DNA of 63,055 bases, filler included, from Rhabdomonas costata (GCA_019059605.1; 55 parts of 55 records of this genome joined end to end with filler, not necessarily neighbours in it), one strand, 5' to 3'. Shown: positions 1-12,387, counted from the first letter of the whole stretch. Translations and numbers: made by a program. Notes: generated by a model not told the origin, from the letters alone.

Positions 1-152
1 GGTTGGTGTGTCGTCATTGTTACGGTTTGGTGGCAGCGGAGCTTGACGTTCATTGTCGCAACGGCCCAATTTGCGGAGTGGTGTGGGGTCCGTTGATGTG
101 CAGGGGAGAAAAGGAGCAGTAAAGGAGCGTTTCGTTCTTTCCTACTTCCCAG

Positions 153-771
153 CGAGGAGGTGGTCGCCGAAGAGAAGGCCGCCTTGGGTCCCGCCAGCCC
201 GCAGCGCTGCCTCACCCTGGGCCGGCTTGCCTTCACGTACGAGAGGCTCGGAAACTTGACCAAGGCTGAGGTGAGCGTCTGAGTTCTGCCTTGCCCCTGC
301 CATTTTCATATTGATTCTTTGTTGTTTGTTTGAAGGTTGAATGCAATTGCTTTTTCCGTTAATGACTTATACACTTGTAGTCGCACTATCAATTGTCCAA
401 TGCCATTCTCACGAAGCGAAGCGAGTCGATGCTCCAGGACAGCGCGGTTATTTCTGGATATCTGCACATTTCTTAACTTTTGTTCCCCTCTCAATTATGG
501 CACGCTAGAAGTATTGGTCAATTCTATCACAGAAATAAAGCACCTCCTGCAGCTTATCGTGTGGAATTCGAACACCTGGGGGTGTGGTCCGATGGTATGG
601 AGGGAGCCTCGCCAGAAGGCGCCGACGGACTTTAGCGGATGCACAGTCATCTTTTCCTCCCGGGTATATGTTCAGGATCAGCTGAAGGAGGTGCTGGAGA
701 TCCAGCGCAAGGGGAATGCCCCGCCAAGTGTGCTGGTTCACCAGATGAATGTGCTGGCCAACCTGTACATT
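153..771 (+). CDS. TPR-repeat protein (kinesin light chain-like), two internal exons
   Basis: Exons 153-270 (ccag|...|gtgagc) and 676-771 (tcag|...|gtatgt) join in phase 0: EEKAALGPASPQRCLTLGRLAFTYERLGNLTKAE/DQLKEVLEIQRKGNAPPSVLVHQMNVLANLYI. Confidence 0.65.
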
Positions 772-1049
772 GTATGTCGCCTGCCCCGCCTTTGCCCATA
801 TTCTTCTCTCATGCAACCGGAGCCCTGACCCGAGGCCGCGGTGAAGAGTTTTGAGCGTTTTATTGAGTGGGGGTGATGGTGAGGGTGAGGGTGAGGAAAA
901 AAAAGAAAATTGTGTAACACTCCCGGCAAACGAATAATACCATTTGATCCACCGCCCCCAAGGCACCAGACGTTGATTCAGCTTTGTTCGCACTGTTCAA
1001 CACACCTTATTTGCCCATCATTCCCCAACACCCCAACCACACCCACCAC

Positions 1050-1149
1050 NNNNNNNNNNNNNNNNNNNNNNNNNNNNNNNNNNNNNNNNNNNNTTAATTA
1101 ATTAANNNNNNNNNNNNNNNNNNNNNNNNNNNNNNNNNNNNNNNNNNNN
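1050..1149. other. Artificial contig linker N44-TTAATTAATTAA-N44, recurring 54 times about every 1.15 kb
   Basis: The same 100-nt spacer with six-frame stops separates all ~1048-bp segments. Confidence 0.99.
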
Positions 1150-2555
1150 ATGGAGGGAGAGAAGAGGAGGGAGAGAGGTTGGTGGGGATTTGGGGGGTGG
1201 GGGTTTAGGGCAATGTGGAGTGCCTGGAGTTTGCGCGGACATTCAGCGCGTCTACTCTCCTTTCAAGCTGGTTGGGGTCTGTCGTAGCAGCCCAATTGAA
1301 GATGCAAGCTCTGTGCTCGTTGCAGGCACGGCACGGGGTTTGCCCCTGCGACAGGTTAGTCGTGGGTAGGGGCTTGGACTTTCTGATCTCTGCCCTCCGC
1401 AGAAGCCAAGACCCGCGGAATTTTCACATCTGCATTCACACAAACAGCGGATGCATTGCACACACAGTGCTCTGAAGTAATTGTCGCCCCTTGGCGGTTC
1501 CTTTTGTATTATTGTGGCTTTTTTGCTGGCGCTTCTGCCGAATTGGTGAGGCGGGGTCTCCCACCCCAGGCACAAGCCTTCACCACATTCTTTGATTGAT
1601 TTCATCTCTTCCCAGTGCCATCCCTTTTGTCCATTTCCCGCTTCACTCACGTATCCCTTGAACCTCTCTCCAGATATGCGCGCACCGCTGTGGTATGGTA
1701 GTGATGTAGACAGAGGAGTGTTGTAATCGCTTAGCATTTTCTTGTGATTGCGCCATTGGGTCTGAGAGCCGGCCCACCTGGTAAAAGGTTTGTTGTCTCG
1801 CCAGTGCAGTGGCTCTAAATTTTTTTTGGTTGTTTTTTGTTTTGGAGTTATGCTTCTCTTTTTGCTGGAGTCGTTTTCTGATCCGCAAAGGGAAATCTGC
1901 TTTTCACAGTGTTATATATATAATTCGATGTACCGCAAGGCAAAATTTCTTCGTTTTTGCATTCGCACCCAAACCTAACGCAGGCTATTTTTATTCGGCT
2001 GATGAGAGCGGGGAAATGTCTTCCCTCACGCAGGCAAGATTTCGTAGTGGTAGCGGTATTGCCCCCTGTCGTTTAGTGAAGCAGCCCCCTGAATTTGATG
2101 AGATGGAAAATGAGATGCCATTGTGGGGCAGAAGCGGCTCTTTCTTAATTTTGCGAAGATGTCCGCCAGTAGCAGCTGCATTGGTGGCCACAAAAAACNN
2201 NNNNNNNNNNNNNNNNNNNNNNNNNNNNNNNNNNNNNNNNNNTTAATTAATTAANNNNNNNNNNNNNNNNNNNNNNNNNNNNNNNNNNNNNNNNNNNNGT
2301 GTGTTGTTGCTTCCCTTCTTCCGACAGACTGTGAGCTGGTGTGTGGTCATTTGCTCGGAAATGTTTCGCGGTTATGCTCTCGCACACGACGCACTAATGA
2401 CACACTGGTTTCCCACTGCAGATTACCTCATCGTAGCGCTGCAACGAGATGACGACAGGAGGCACAATGAAACCTCCTCAGCTAAACAAGGAAAACTGCA
2501 GGAAGAAGGATTGTGCGAGGATTGCTCTTCCGCACCCCACATTCCTGTTTTGCAG

Positions 2556-2772
2556 CGACGAAAAGGAGCGCACTCGGGAGGTGGCCTCGGCACTGGGCAT
2601 CAGCGATACCTTTGTGAACGAGGCCGAGGCGGTTGTCCTGGCAGAGAAGAACATTCAGGGCCTCAGGCAGACTCTGCTCAGCCCGTCGGTGTTTCGCACC
2701 ATGTTTGAGCCCAGCTCAGGGCTTGCCCGCGGCCCACCCCGCGGTCCGGACTCCTCGCGCAAAAAGAAGTGA
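2556..2772 (+). CDS. Terminal exon of a hypothetical protein, possibly TerB-like helical fold
   Basis: ttttgcag| then DEKERTREVASALGISDTFVNEAEAVVLAEKNIQGLRQTLL...KKK*; resembles the TerB-type ER..v..vA.aLGIs pattern. Confidence 0.4.
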
Positions 2773-4596
2773 AGGTCGTGCTGAGTTGCGAGCTCGCGTG
2801 TGAGATGAGTCATGGCCTATAGGTTCATCGTTCGTTGGGTTAGTGATAGAGTTGGTTCGAACCGTGTCGTTCCTTCGAACCGTGTACGATACTGAGTGTG
2901 AGGACCAATGGTAAAAAGCGTTGGATCATCTTTTTGGAGGGGCACGTTCGTCGGGAAGTCGGTAGATGATGATGGCACTCCGATGCTGCATATTCATTTC
3001 GGAATTGTAGCAGTTGCTCAATGGGCCTTGTATGCAATGAGACAAAAAAATGTCAGTGCCTATCGACTGCATCGATTTCATTTTGTGGTTCCTCACGTGC
3101 CATGTATCCCCCCCCTTTCACATTCAAATACTCTTTCGAAGTTCTGTTAGACGTTTGTTATTCTTCAAATATTTATGGTTTCAGTTGAAGTATAGCGTCT
3201 TTTCTTCTCTCCTCTATCACGTTTTTACGGTTCAGACTCTTAACTGCCGCCTGCCCCATATACCAAAGACAAAATCACGCAGTCAAGAAAATCGGAAGTT
3301 GGCATACCCTTAATGTTCCGTTTTTCTAATATCTTGCACACCACCACNNNNNNNNNNNNNNNNNNNNNNNNNNNNNNNNNNNNNNNNNNNNTTAATTAAT
3401 TAANNNNNNNNNNNNNNNNNNNNNNNNNNNNNNNNNNNNNNNNNNNNGGTGGGGTGTGTTTGGGGTGGGTGTGCGGTCACCACGAGCTCTGGCGTGGCCT
3501 CTGCTGGTATGGATGACCATGACGTTTTTAATGAATGTCGAGCATGACGATGGTCCTCGGGTGCATTCCCGTTTCGACCTCTGTTTGCCACAAATTGTTC
3601 CCTTTTTTTGTATCCCTGCTGCTCCATTTTCTGCATGCAGGGTGAAGATTCTTTTTGTTTTGCTGTTTCGAGCCATGGGGCAATTGTCGGCATTGTGCAC
3701 AAAGGGATCGAAAAGGCGCGTACCCTGGGTGTGCATGAGCAATTTTTTCTGTGGGTGGGTTTGCTCTCGGTTGGTGTTGGTCACACGGGGTTTCGACTTT
3801 TACTGTGCTCCCACTTTTGCGACCAGCCTGTACCTTCACTTCGGAAAAAACGGGCATGGCGAGGGAAGGTGTTTCTGTGTCTGCGCGTGGCTGTGCATAT
3901 GACTCTGCCGCGATCCGCCGTGTGTGTATGTGTGCGTTTGCGTGTGGTAGGGGTGTGGCACTGTCGCACTATGGTACGGCGCAGCTGCCCTGGTGCACGT
4001 TCTGTTAGTACCTTGTGGGTTCCTGCAGGCAAAATGAGACCAAAGTATCGATGGCGCGGGTTCTTTGAAAAGAAGTTCGGGTTTATCCTTACCTTGCCAG
4101 CGCTCAAAAGACAAGCGGAGAATGCACTTCCTCTTTGTAACTTTATTTTCATTTTCACTCTTTTTTGTTGTCACTCTCCCGTCCCTTTCCCACCAATTAC
4201 ACATGTTATTGCCTGCGTCACCTGAATGGTGAGAATTTATACTCACCACTGTCCATTAAAGTTGACAATTTCGAAATCAGAGAGCGAAAAGGCGGTCTAA
4301 AAACAACAAATCTTCCTGGCAGCCTGGTAGCTCCGAGCGGTCTTTTGCTTCTACGTTTTGTGCTTTTTCTGAGTTATCACTTTCGACGAGTGGTATTTAA
4401 CCGAATAGATCTGAGGAGTCAATCTCTCTTCGTCCAGCATTGAAACGATCTCCCCACGATATTTGTCACTGCAGGTCCAACGGCGTGAGGTGGACTNNNN
4501 NNNNNNNNNNNNNNNNNNNNNNNNNNNNNNNNNNNNNNNNTTAATTAATTAANNNNNNNNNNNNNNNNNNNNNNNNNNNNNNNNNNNNNNNNNNNN

Positions 4597-5237
4597 CTTG
4601 ACCTCCAACATCGGCGCGGATATGATCCAGAGGGAGACCAAACGTACGTGCACCGGAAAAGTAGTGCAGAAAAGATAGAGCAATAAGTTCACCTCCAAAT
4701 GAAGATATTCGGGTTAGTGTTGCTTCTCAGCGGTTCTCACCCTTTCCAGTCAACTGAGTCTCGATTTGAACATAGATTTCAAATTGCACAGTGCTCTCCG
4801 TCTTCTTCTTCTTCTTTTCTTGGGTGGTGTGAAAGCCGCCTAAGAAAAAGGAAATTTGTCTCTGAATTCTCCTTTTTCCTACGGTCAAACTGACAAAGCT
4901 TTTATGCACAAACGCAAAGTGGCACTCCTTCACGTGAACGGCGCACTTTTTGAGGTAAAATTCTCTGAAGTTCAGGCAGCGATGCAGGTACAGGGTAGGA
5001 GGGTCGGGGGGGCCCGCAGCAACATTCTTAGGGTTAGGAAGCGATTTCTTCTGTTTTGTTCTGGCGGACGCAGGGTACACCGATCCCGCGACCGGCGCCG
5101 AGGGCCGTGCCCGGATGCAGGTGCACTGGGGGGAATACATCCGAGCTCAGCTCAGCAAGCTGTACGGCCCGCCGTTCCTCAACCGCTCCACCTCCCACTT
5201 TTTCCTGTTCGTGCCCTACATGCCAGAGGAGCGCAAG
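4597..5237 (+). CDS. ClpB/Hsp100-like AAA+ ATPase, D2 region, two exons
   Basis: Exon 4597-4643 LTSNIGADMIQRETK (sensor-1 TSN motif; gtacgt donor) joins in phase 1 to exon 5074-5237 ...IRAQLSKLYGPPFLNRSTSHFFLFVPYMPEERK (cf. FRPEFLNR...F.PL). Confidence 0.7.
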
Positions 5238-5539
5238 GCATGCCCTTAACCTCTCCCTCTTCCTCATGGAGGCTGCCGAAAACTCTCCGTTCCTTGGGCT
5301 CCAATGCATTAAATCAGATTAGATCCATCGAAGAAGCCAAAGCCGAAGCAGCCTGGGGTGTTTTGTAGATGCAGTTGGCCTCCCGAACTGCTGTGGAGCG
5401 ATCCTTTCACTCTCGGCTCTTGGCCACAATTCAAATGCAGCTTCTATGCCCCTCTCCCCACAAACGATGCCCAGGCAACGGGCTCGAGGCCGCCTGAGTG
5501 CGAAACTTGTTGCTCCATTCGTTGCCGCTGGATTGGACC

Positions 5540-5640
5540 TGGTTCGCCAAAGTCAATTCGCGCAGCCATGTAAGCATTTGAAATGCTTCTTGTGCATTCG
5601 AAATGCTTACATGGCTGCGCGAATTGACTTTGGCGAACCA
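5540..5640. repeat. Contig-terminal fold-back inverted repeat (~45-bp arms)
   Basis: tggttcgccaaagtcaattcgcgcagccatgtaagcattt ... aaatgcttacatggctgcgcgaattgactttggcgaacca. Confidence 0.95.
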
Positions 5641-6136
5641 ACCCCNNNNNNNNNNNNNNNNNNNNNNNNNNNNNNNNNNNNNNNNNNNNTTAATTAATTA
5701 ANNNNNNNNNNNNNNNNNNNNNNNNNNNNNNNNNNNNNNNNNNNNGTTTTTGTGTGAAGACTCTGAAAACTGTTGGGATTGTGTTTTTCTGAATGTGGGG
5801 GATCCAGGCGAGGGCTGGGAACGACATTGAGCTGAATAAAGTGTGCAGTCTGTCGAATTTAAAGGTAACATAGGGTCGTGGCCGGGCGGATCGATGGTGG
5901 AGTAAGACCTGTTGCCTTCGATGCTCCCCCGGGATAGGGTTACGTGAGTATGGACGCATTAGCACCCACGAACCTTGACCCGAGGAAACAGCTCCTCCAC
6001 CTTCCCCTGGCGAACTGACGGCACAAGGAAAAAAGAACGCCTGGCGACGAATCTGCTGAGTTAGCTGAACTCTTCTGGGCGTCTCCGTCATCCCCCCTCC
6101 CCCGTTTCCGTCGTTGATTCCATCATTGTCGTCCAG

Positions 6137-6224
6137 CCTGCTGTTCTACTACTCCGGCTACGGCTCGCAGCGCGCCTTCTCTGGGGGCCTTCATGATCCC
6201 AAGGAGGAGGCCATCCTTCCCGTG
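6137..6224 (+). CDS. Metacaspase-family (clan CD, C14B) exon with catalytic His replaced by Tyr
   Basis: ccag|...|gtacgc exon encodes (S)LLFYYSGYGSQRAFSGGLHDPKEEAILPV, matching the metacaspase pattern DSLFFHYSGHGxQ...DExIxPVD. Confidence 0.75.
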
Positions 6225-6425
6225 GTACGCTGCCAAGCATGCCTTCACGACACTCGACCCAAGCGCATCATGCCCAAAATCCACTCTTCCACGATACCTG
6301 AGCAGCGTATTCCTTCCATCGTTTTCTGGGGAGGGGGGCGACTGTCTTTGGTCTGACCAGGCACAGCCATGCTCTGACGGGGGTCCGATGCATTTTTTCG
6401 GGCAGGGGCGGGGGGAATGACGGGC

Positions 6426-6568
6426 CTGCGGAGGGTTGCTCTGTGGAAGCGGTCCAGCAAAGGTAACAGCTCGGCGTGGGTGCGCTGGGCCTCTGCGACC
6501 CGGTCCAGAACAAACCGGAGCCGGTCCAGCGTGGCAGAGTGCCGCAGGGGCATCAGCAGGAAGACCTG
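6426..6568 (-). CDS. DUF924-like protein, internal exon
   Basis: cccccgcag| then QVFLLMPLRHSATLDRLRFVLDRVAEAQRTHAELLPLLDRFHRATLRR; FxxMPLxHS is the DUF924 motif; 3' boundary uncertain. Confidence 0.6.
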
Positions 6569-9403
6569 CTGCGGGGGAGTCAGGAGATACTCCCAGCCCT
6601 AAATCCCACAAAACCGAACCTAAATCCCACACCGAAAAAGATAACCCGACCAGAGATACAGGACAACGGGCTTGGCGTACAAAAACACTTTTGTGCAATG
6701 GCCTGAGTGACTTTCTTCTTTTCTGGGGAAGACTCGCGTTTCTTTTCCCCCCAGCTACCCAACCTCTATGGGGCATGGGCCTTACCCCAACACCNNNNNN
6801 NNNNNNNNNNNNNNNNNNNNNNNNNNNNNNNNNNNNNNTTAATTAATTAANNNNNNNNNNNNNNNNNNNNNNNNNNNNNNNNNNNNNNNNNNNNGTGTTG
6901 GGTGTGGTTGGTTTGTGGGTGGTATCTCGCAAAATCGTTGGACTGAAAGCCGCAGTTTAGGAAAAATGAAAAGAGAGAGGGCGGGACCACTGCAACAAGT
7001 CGCAGATGACAAAACCCGACTCCCAAAGAAAAAGTTTTGATAAAGAGGGGGAGGAAGATGTCTGAAGGGTCGAAACCTTTTGGTCTGCAGCTGGTGAAGG
7101 GCTCTGCCCAGCGGCCCGGTCGAGATAGCTGCAGCGAAGAACAAGCCAGAAGGGTAAAAAAATCAAAACAAGAGTGACATGCCGAAAACCGACGGACAAT
7201 CCCTCATCCCTGATGTGGCCCTTTGACTACTTCTATGGAACTCGGGTGGTGGTGGTTTTGACTCAGGGAAAAAGAAGGAGAAGGAGATCAAAGAAAAAGA
7301 GTAAAAACCGGCATCGGCGACCTTTTATGAAGGAAGCAGACAATTCTCATCATTGTGATCACGAGCAACCTTTCTTTTTCACGCAAGCCGTCGCAAGGGA
7401 CACAGCGTTGTAATTGGGATGGGAGGGGTGCGGGTTAATGCAAGGAGCGAACCGCAGAAGGACTCGGGAGTGCATCATGTACGGCGTCGGCGCAGGAACC
7501 GGAATCACACATCGAAACTGCCGCTCTTCCTGCAACAGCAAAAACAATTGCCATGCAACAAAATGAGCCCTGTCTCTCTCCACTCCTCCTGCACCATCCA
7601 CAGCTCCAGGCATTATTATGATGCAGATCGCTCTCCTGCGGCGGGCAACTGTATCTCCGCTTCTCGGGGTGCGGATCAATACTTTGCTGCTGGGCCGAGG
7701 CCCTCTAGAAACCTTCGTCATGCATTCAACTGGGATTTTAACGAGCTTCGACTCAACACGCTCGACCAACGCTGGATTTATGGCTTGCAAGCCTCTTCAC
7801 CGCTGTTCACGTCTTCTTCTTCCTGGGATCCTCAGGTCATATTCCTCTGAAAACGAAGAGCCGCGACCCACCATCCCTTGCAGCACTCCGCCGGGGCATA
7901 GCAATTCCAGGACCCTGTAGATCCTCATCAGCACACACCCCCCNNNNNNNNNNNNNNNNNNNNNNNNNNNNNNNNNNNNNNNNNNNNTTAATTAATTAAN
8001 NNNNNNNNNNNNNNNNNNNNNNNNNNNNNNNNNNNNNNNNNNNGTGGGGTGGTGGGCATCAGTCGCAAAAGTCGGAAAGGACGTTTATGCCTGATGTTGG
8101 CTTCTATTTTCTTTAATTACGTCACCAAAGGGTTTGTTGTGGGTGTTAGAGAAACGATGAAGGATGACGCGCTTTGGTCGAAATGACCACCTCTTTCTTT
8201 TCGGATCCATTGGTGTGTCGTTTCCGGCATATAGTGCACTGATTCTTTTCAACTGCAAGTCAGCGGAATTTTGGAGCTTTCCCCTTGAACTTCAGGGGAG
8301 CTCCAGTCGCATTCATACTGGAGGATTATTCGTTTTTAGGTATTGCCGTGGAGGAACCGCCGCACAAGACCTCCGCTTGGCGTGCCAGCGGTACCTCCGG
8401 GATCCTCCTGCGGTGGAATGGGACGGGGTGGAAGTTCTTCATGAAAAGTTTTAGGTCTGACATGGGAGGTGTTGCAGATAGCGTAGGGAAAGGTTTTTTG
8501 GTTGGGGGTGCATCTGATGGTGCGAAGTATTTGGATCTCGGACTCTTCTATTCTTTTGGTGGTTTGCATTCCCATACAGTTTGCCAACCCCACCCCCCCT
8601 TTTGTGTGGAAAGAGAATTGATGTCCATCATTTTTGCCATAAAATTGGTTGTTGGTGATCGAAATGGTACCCTTCCTCTGTGAATGGTGCAGCTTGGTTT
8701 GCCACCGAGGTGGAAAGCCGCACGCGCATGGGTGCTTAGCCTTCTATGCCACAGCTGTACTACAGCGGGTGCCTCCTCCTTCCTTCCCCTCCTCCTTTCG
8801 AGTTCCGCTGTTTTTCTTTGGAGTGTGGTTCACCAAAACAAACACCCTTTCGTTGATTCAATGCACACCTCTTAGCTTTCTTTGGTGGCGTTATCAACTG
8901 CACATGGTCCGAAGGAACCGAGTTATCGAGTTCCTGTGATCGCTCCTTCCACTTTTCATGTGACTCACGCTTTTCTGGCCGCCAGGTATCTGAATGGAGG
9001 TAACATCCACCTTGAGAACTTCTGATGAACTACTGATGATCTTTCAGCTTGTTTGCAGGCCTTCTTAAAAAAAACCACGTCGTGGCGCCAATNNNNNNNN
9101 NNNNNNNNNNNNNNNNNNNNNNNNNNNNNNNNNNNNTTAATTAATTAANNNNNNNNNNNNNNNNNNNNNNNNNNNNNNNNNNNNNNNNNNNNGGTTTTGT
9201 TGCGATGCCATGATGTCTCACTCGAGCTATAGCGCACCGACATGCAGAACAACGCTAACCACACACAGTCGCTTATCCCTTCTATGGAGCAGAAAAAACA
9301 GCAAGATGTCGGTGAGACCTCAAGTGAGACATCATGGCATCGCGACAAAACGAAGAGAGTACCTGGCCCCGTCGTGTTGGTTAGTACGGCCACAACAAAG
9401 AAC

Positions 9404-10216
9404 CGGCGGGGGTTGATATCGAGGATATCCAGGAACATCTCGTCCATCTGGAGGGCACCCATGCGAAAGCAAGAGAACTAAACGTGAGAAGACTGTTCTT
9501 CACACACGTGGATACATTTAGAGATAGGCACACAAAAGCAAACCCTGTTGACACACCATGGTGGTTGCCGGTGCACTACAAAACCGAAAAGGCCTCAGAA
9601 AGGACATGAAAATGGCGCGGAACTCTCCTTCTCTAACAAAACACATTGCGGCACTCTGAGGTGCCAGCGAGCAACAATTTGAGCGGAAGAAAATGGTCGC
9701 CCCCAGGCTCAAAAATAGTCCGAAATAGTCCAAAACAGGCAAATTCAGGCAAACTCAGGCGCTTAAATAGCGTCTCTGTCGTTTATCCCCCAAAAAGTCA
9801 ATATTGAGATGGGTCCACGGTAGGCGCAGTTATGGCCCCAACAATGACCCACCCTTTTTAGTCGTTTTAGGTCGATTCGACTCTCTTTGGGGGCCCCTGG
9901 AGACGTCACAAGTGAGAGAGAGAGAGAAGGTCATGGTGCAAGACAGAATTTTAGGACTGTGCCGTAGGATCAAAAAGAGCCCTCGAGCAAGGAATACCAG
10001 AAAGTTACTGAAATATATTTCATTTCATTACCACTACGGACAGAGGAGGGCCGGGGGGGGGGGACTTGCCTTGGACCCCACCAGGTGGTGGCTTAGGGAC
10101 ACCATCACCGATGGCTGCATCGACACAAAGCGGAAGTTGTTAAGGAACCCCAGGAAGATAGCCCACTGCGAAAAGGTCCACTCATCCATGTACCCCGGGT
10201 TGAAGATATTCACCAG
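9404..10216 (-). CDS. Hypothetical protein (possibly membrane), two exons
   Basis: Exons 10216-10082 (LVNIFNPGYMDEWTFSQWAIFLGFLNNFRFVSMQPSVMVSLSHHL) and 9447-9404 (MDEMFLDILDINPR) have AG/GT borders and compatible phase. Confidence 0.45.
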
Positions 10217-11061
10217 CTGAGTGCACGAAACCCACCAAAAANNNNNNNNNNNNNNNNNNNNNNNNNNNNNNNNNNNNNNNNNNNNTTAATTAATTAANNN
10301 NNNNNNNNNNNNNNNNNNNNNNNNNNNNNNNNNNNNNNNNNGGGTTGTGGTCCCTCTCTGCAAAGGCTGCCTGAATTCCGCAGCAGCCGCAAGCATTGTA
10401 CAGCGGAAGTGTACTTTAGATCTTTCAAGCCCCTAAAAAATTGGATTCATTAAACTCCATTTCTTGTTCTGCTCTTCTTCGTTGGACTCAACCCTTTGCT
10501 CATTTTAACTCCTCTTAAACTGCAAAACGGACGCCACCCTTTCTCGTTCGAATTCCTCTTCCTGAGTTCCTGAGTCCCTAGCACAGTCTCACGTCTTTTC
10601 CGATGACTGGTGTGCAAAAGGATGTGTGTGAGCTAGGCTTTCTGTTGAGGTTCAGTTTGAAAAAAGCACACCCGTGTCTTGCGCGCTCTCCGACCTTTGC
10701 TCTCTGTCACTCGCACCAGAGTCACCAGAGTCACCTTTCTGCCCCCCAAGGTTGGGCAGGAATCCCTGACCACACATTGTGCCCTGTTGTTCTGATCGTT
10801 TTTTCCCAGGAATACTTTTTCAGGAAGAACTGAACATAGTGTTTGTTGATTTGTTAACCACACATTTATGCATCTCAGGAATTCACGTTTGTTACCTTCC
10901 GCTGGGTAGGTATTACCATGCTTGCAAACCAGATTTTGGTTCGGCTTGACAAAAGGTACAAATAAGATCAAGAAGTTCCGTTCATTTTGCTGTTCAATTA
11001 GCCCAGGACAGAGGCAAATTAAAGTTAAATAAAGTTGTGGGGTCAACAACAAAGCATTCAC

Positions 11062-11198
11062 AATGCCTGAAAGAGAACAGAAAGCATTTGGGGGTTCTCC
11101 GTCGCCTCGGGAGGAAGATTCTCTACGAAAAGGGTGTTGTGCGGCTCCTCGGCTTCCTCCTCCCGAAGCCTCTGCCTCTCCTTTTCACGCTCTCGTTC
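11062..11198 (-). CDS. U1A/U2B''-type snRNP protein, start of C-terminal RRM
   Basis: ttttag| EREREKERQRLREEEAEEPHNTLFVENLPPEATENPQMLSVLFQ, cf. PPNxILFxxNLPEETNExMLSMLFxQFPG. Confidence 0.75.
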
Positions 11199-11662
11199 CT
11201 AAAAGAAAAAACACAATTCAAAGATGACCAACAAACAATTTTAAGCCAATGTAATGTCGATTTTTTTATATAAAAAAACAGAAATATCGCGAACACCGTC
11301 AAAAGTTGCGAAAAGCCCCTCATCAAAAAATGAACACGGTCAGCCGCAAAAATAACAGTTGAAATTTGATTAATATCGTTAAAGGCTGCNNNNNNNNNNN
11401 NNNNNNNNNNNNNNNNNNNNNNNNNNNNNNNNNTTAATTAATTAANNNNNNNNNNNNNNNNNNNNNNNNNNNNNNNNNNNNNNNNNNNNTTTGTTGTGTC
11501 CCATGTTTTATTATGATGATGTTTCCACAGCTCTCTGTGCGCAGCTTGCCGGGGGTTGGGTGCAAAAGGGGCGGAAGATTAGCCCCCACACGCTGAGACA
11601 TTCAGTCCCGTCCCATCTCATTCGAGTATATGGCTGCACTCGCCCTCTGCCCATGGTCGCAG

Positions 11663-12384
11663 GACTGGAAGGTGGAGTACTACTGCGTGAAACTTGGAGT
11701 GAAGCGCGCCGAGGCAGCTGCGCAGTGCAGACGATGCTGCGTGAGCTACTGGCAAGGCCTATGCTGGGTGATGAGGTGTGTTTGTGTGCGTGTGTGCGTG
11801 CGTGTGTGCGCACGTAATTTGTCATTGTTGATGAAGTATGCTGAAGCCACTGAAGGCAGCAGATGAGAATCCAAAATGCCCCAAGGTTCCGTGCCCCGGC
11901 GCATTGGCCGTGCCGCGTTTGCCTGCTTCGTTGTTAGATGATGTTGGGGTGAGGATCCCTAACAGAACAGGCAAAGCGAGACGCCCAAGCCATAAAGGCT
12001 ACAGTGGGCAAAGGTAACTGGAACTTTGCGGTTAAATGCGTCGTTGAGATTTCTCGAGAATCACGGCCAGAGGAGGGGAAAGAGGTATCGCCGAAAGAAG
12101 ACTTCGAATCCCGTTGGAGACAAAAACCTGCCCAGCAACAATTCCCCGCGTGATCGATGCTGGAGGTGGTCTTGGATGCATGATTTTTTTTTGCATTCCT
12201 GACCGCGAAGTTGGCAGTGAACTGTAAACGTAAGCCGTGCATCCGTCTTTTGAGTTCTTGTGTGTTTGGATTCGCGTTCCTCAGGTATTACTACCACGGC
12301 TGCCCGTCGTGGACCTGGTACTACCCGTTTCATTACTCCCCGTTCGCTTCTGACCTGCTGGGTGCTTGGAACGCGAGCGCTGAG
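11663..12384 (+). CDS. XRN: 5'-3' exoribonuclease (XRN1/XRN2 family), two exons
   Basis: Exon 11663-11775 DWKVEYY...[11 protein letters not shown] plus exon from 12285 [24 protein letters not shown], the conserved XRN signature; GT-AG phase-2 intron; 3' end at 12361 or 12384. Confidence 0.95.
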
Positions 12385-12387
12385 GTG

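Noticed and set aside
11060..11070. GC donor after LFQ in the U1A-like exon as firm evidence
   Set aside because: A GT donor five bases later (gca tt|gtgaat) gives LFQAF, which fits the homologues equally well.
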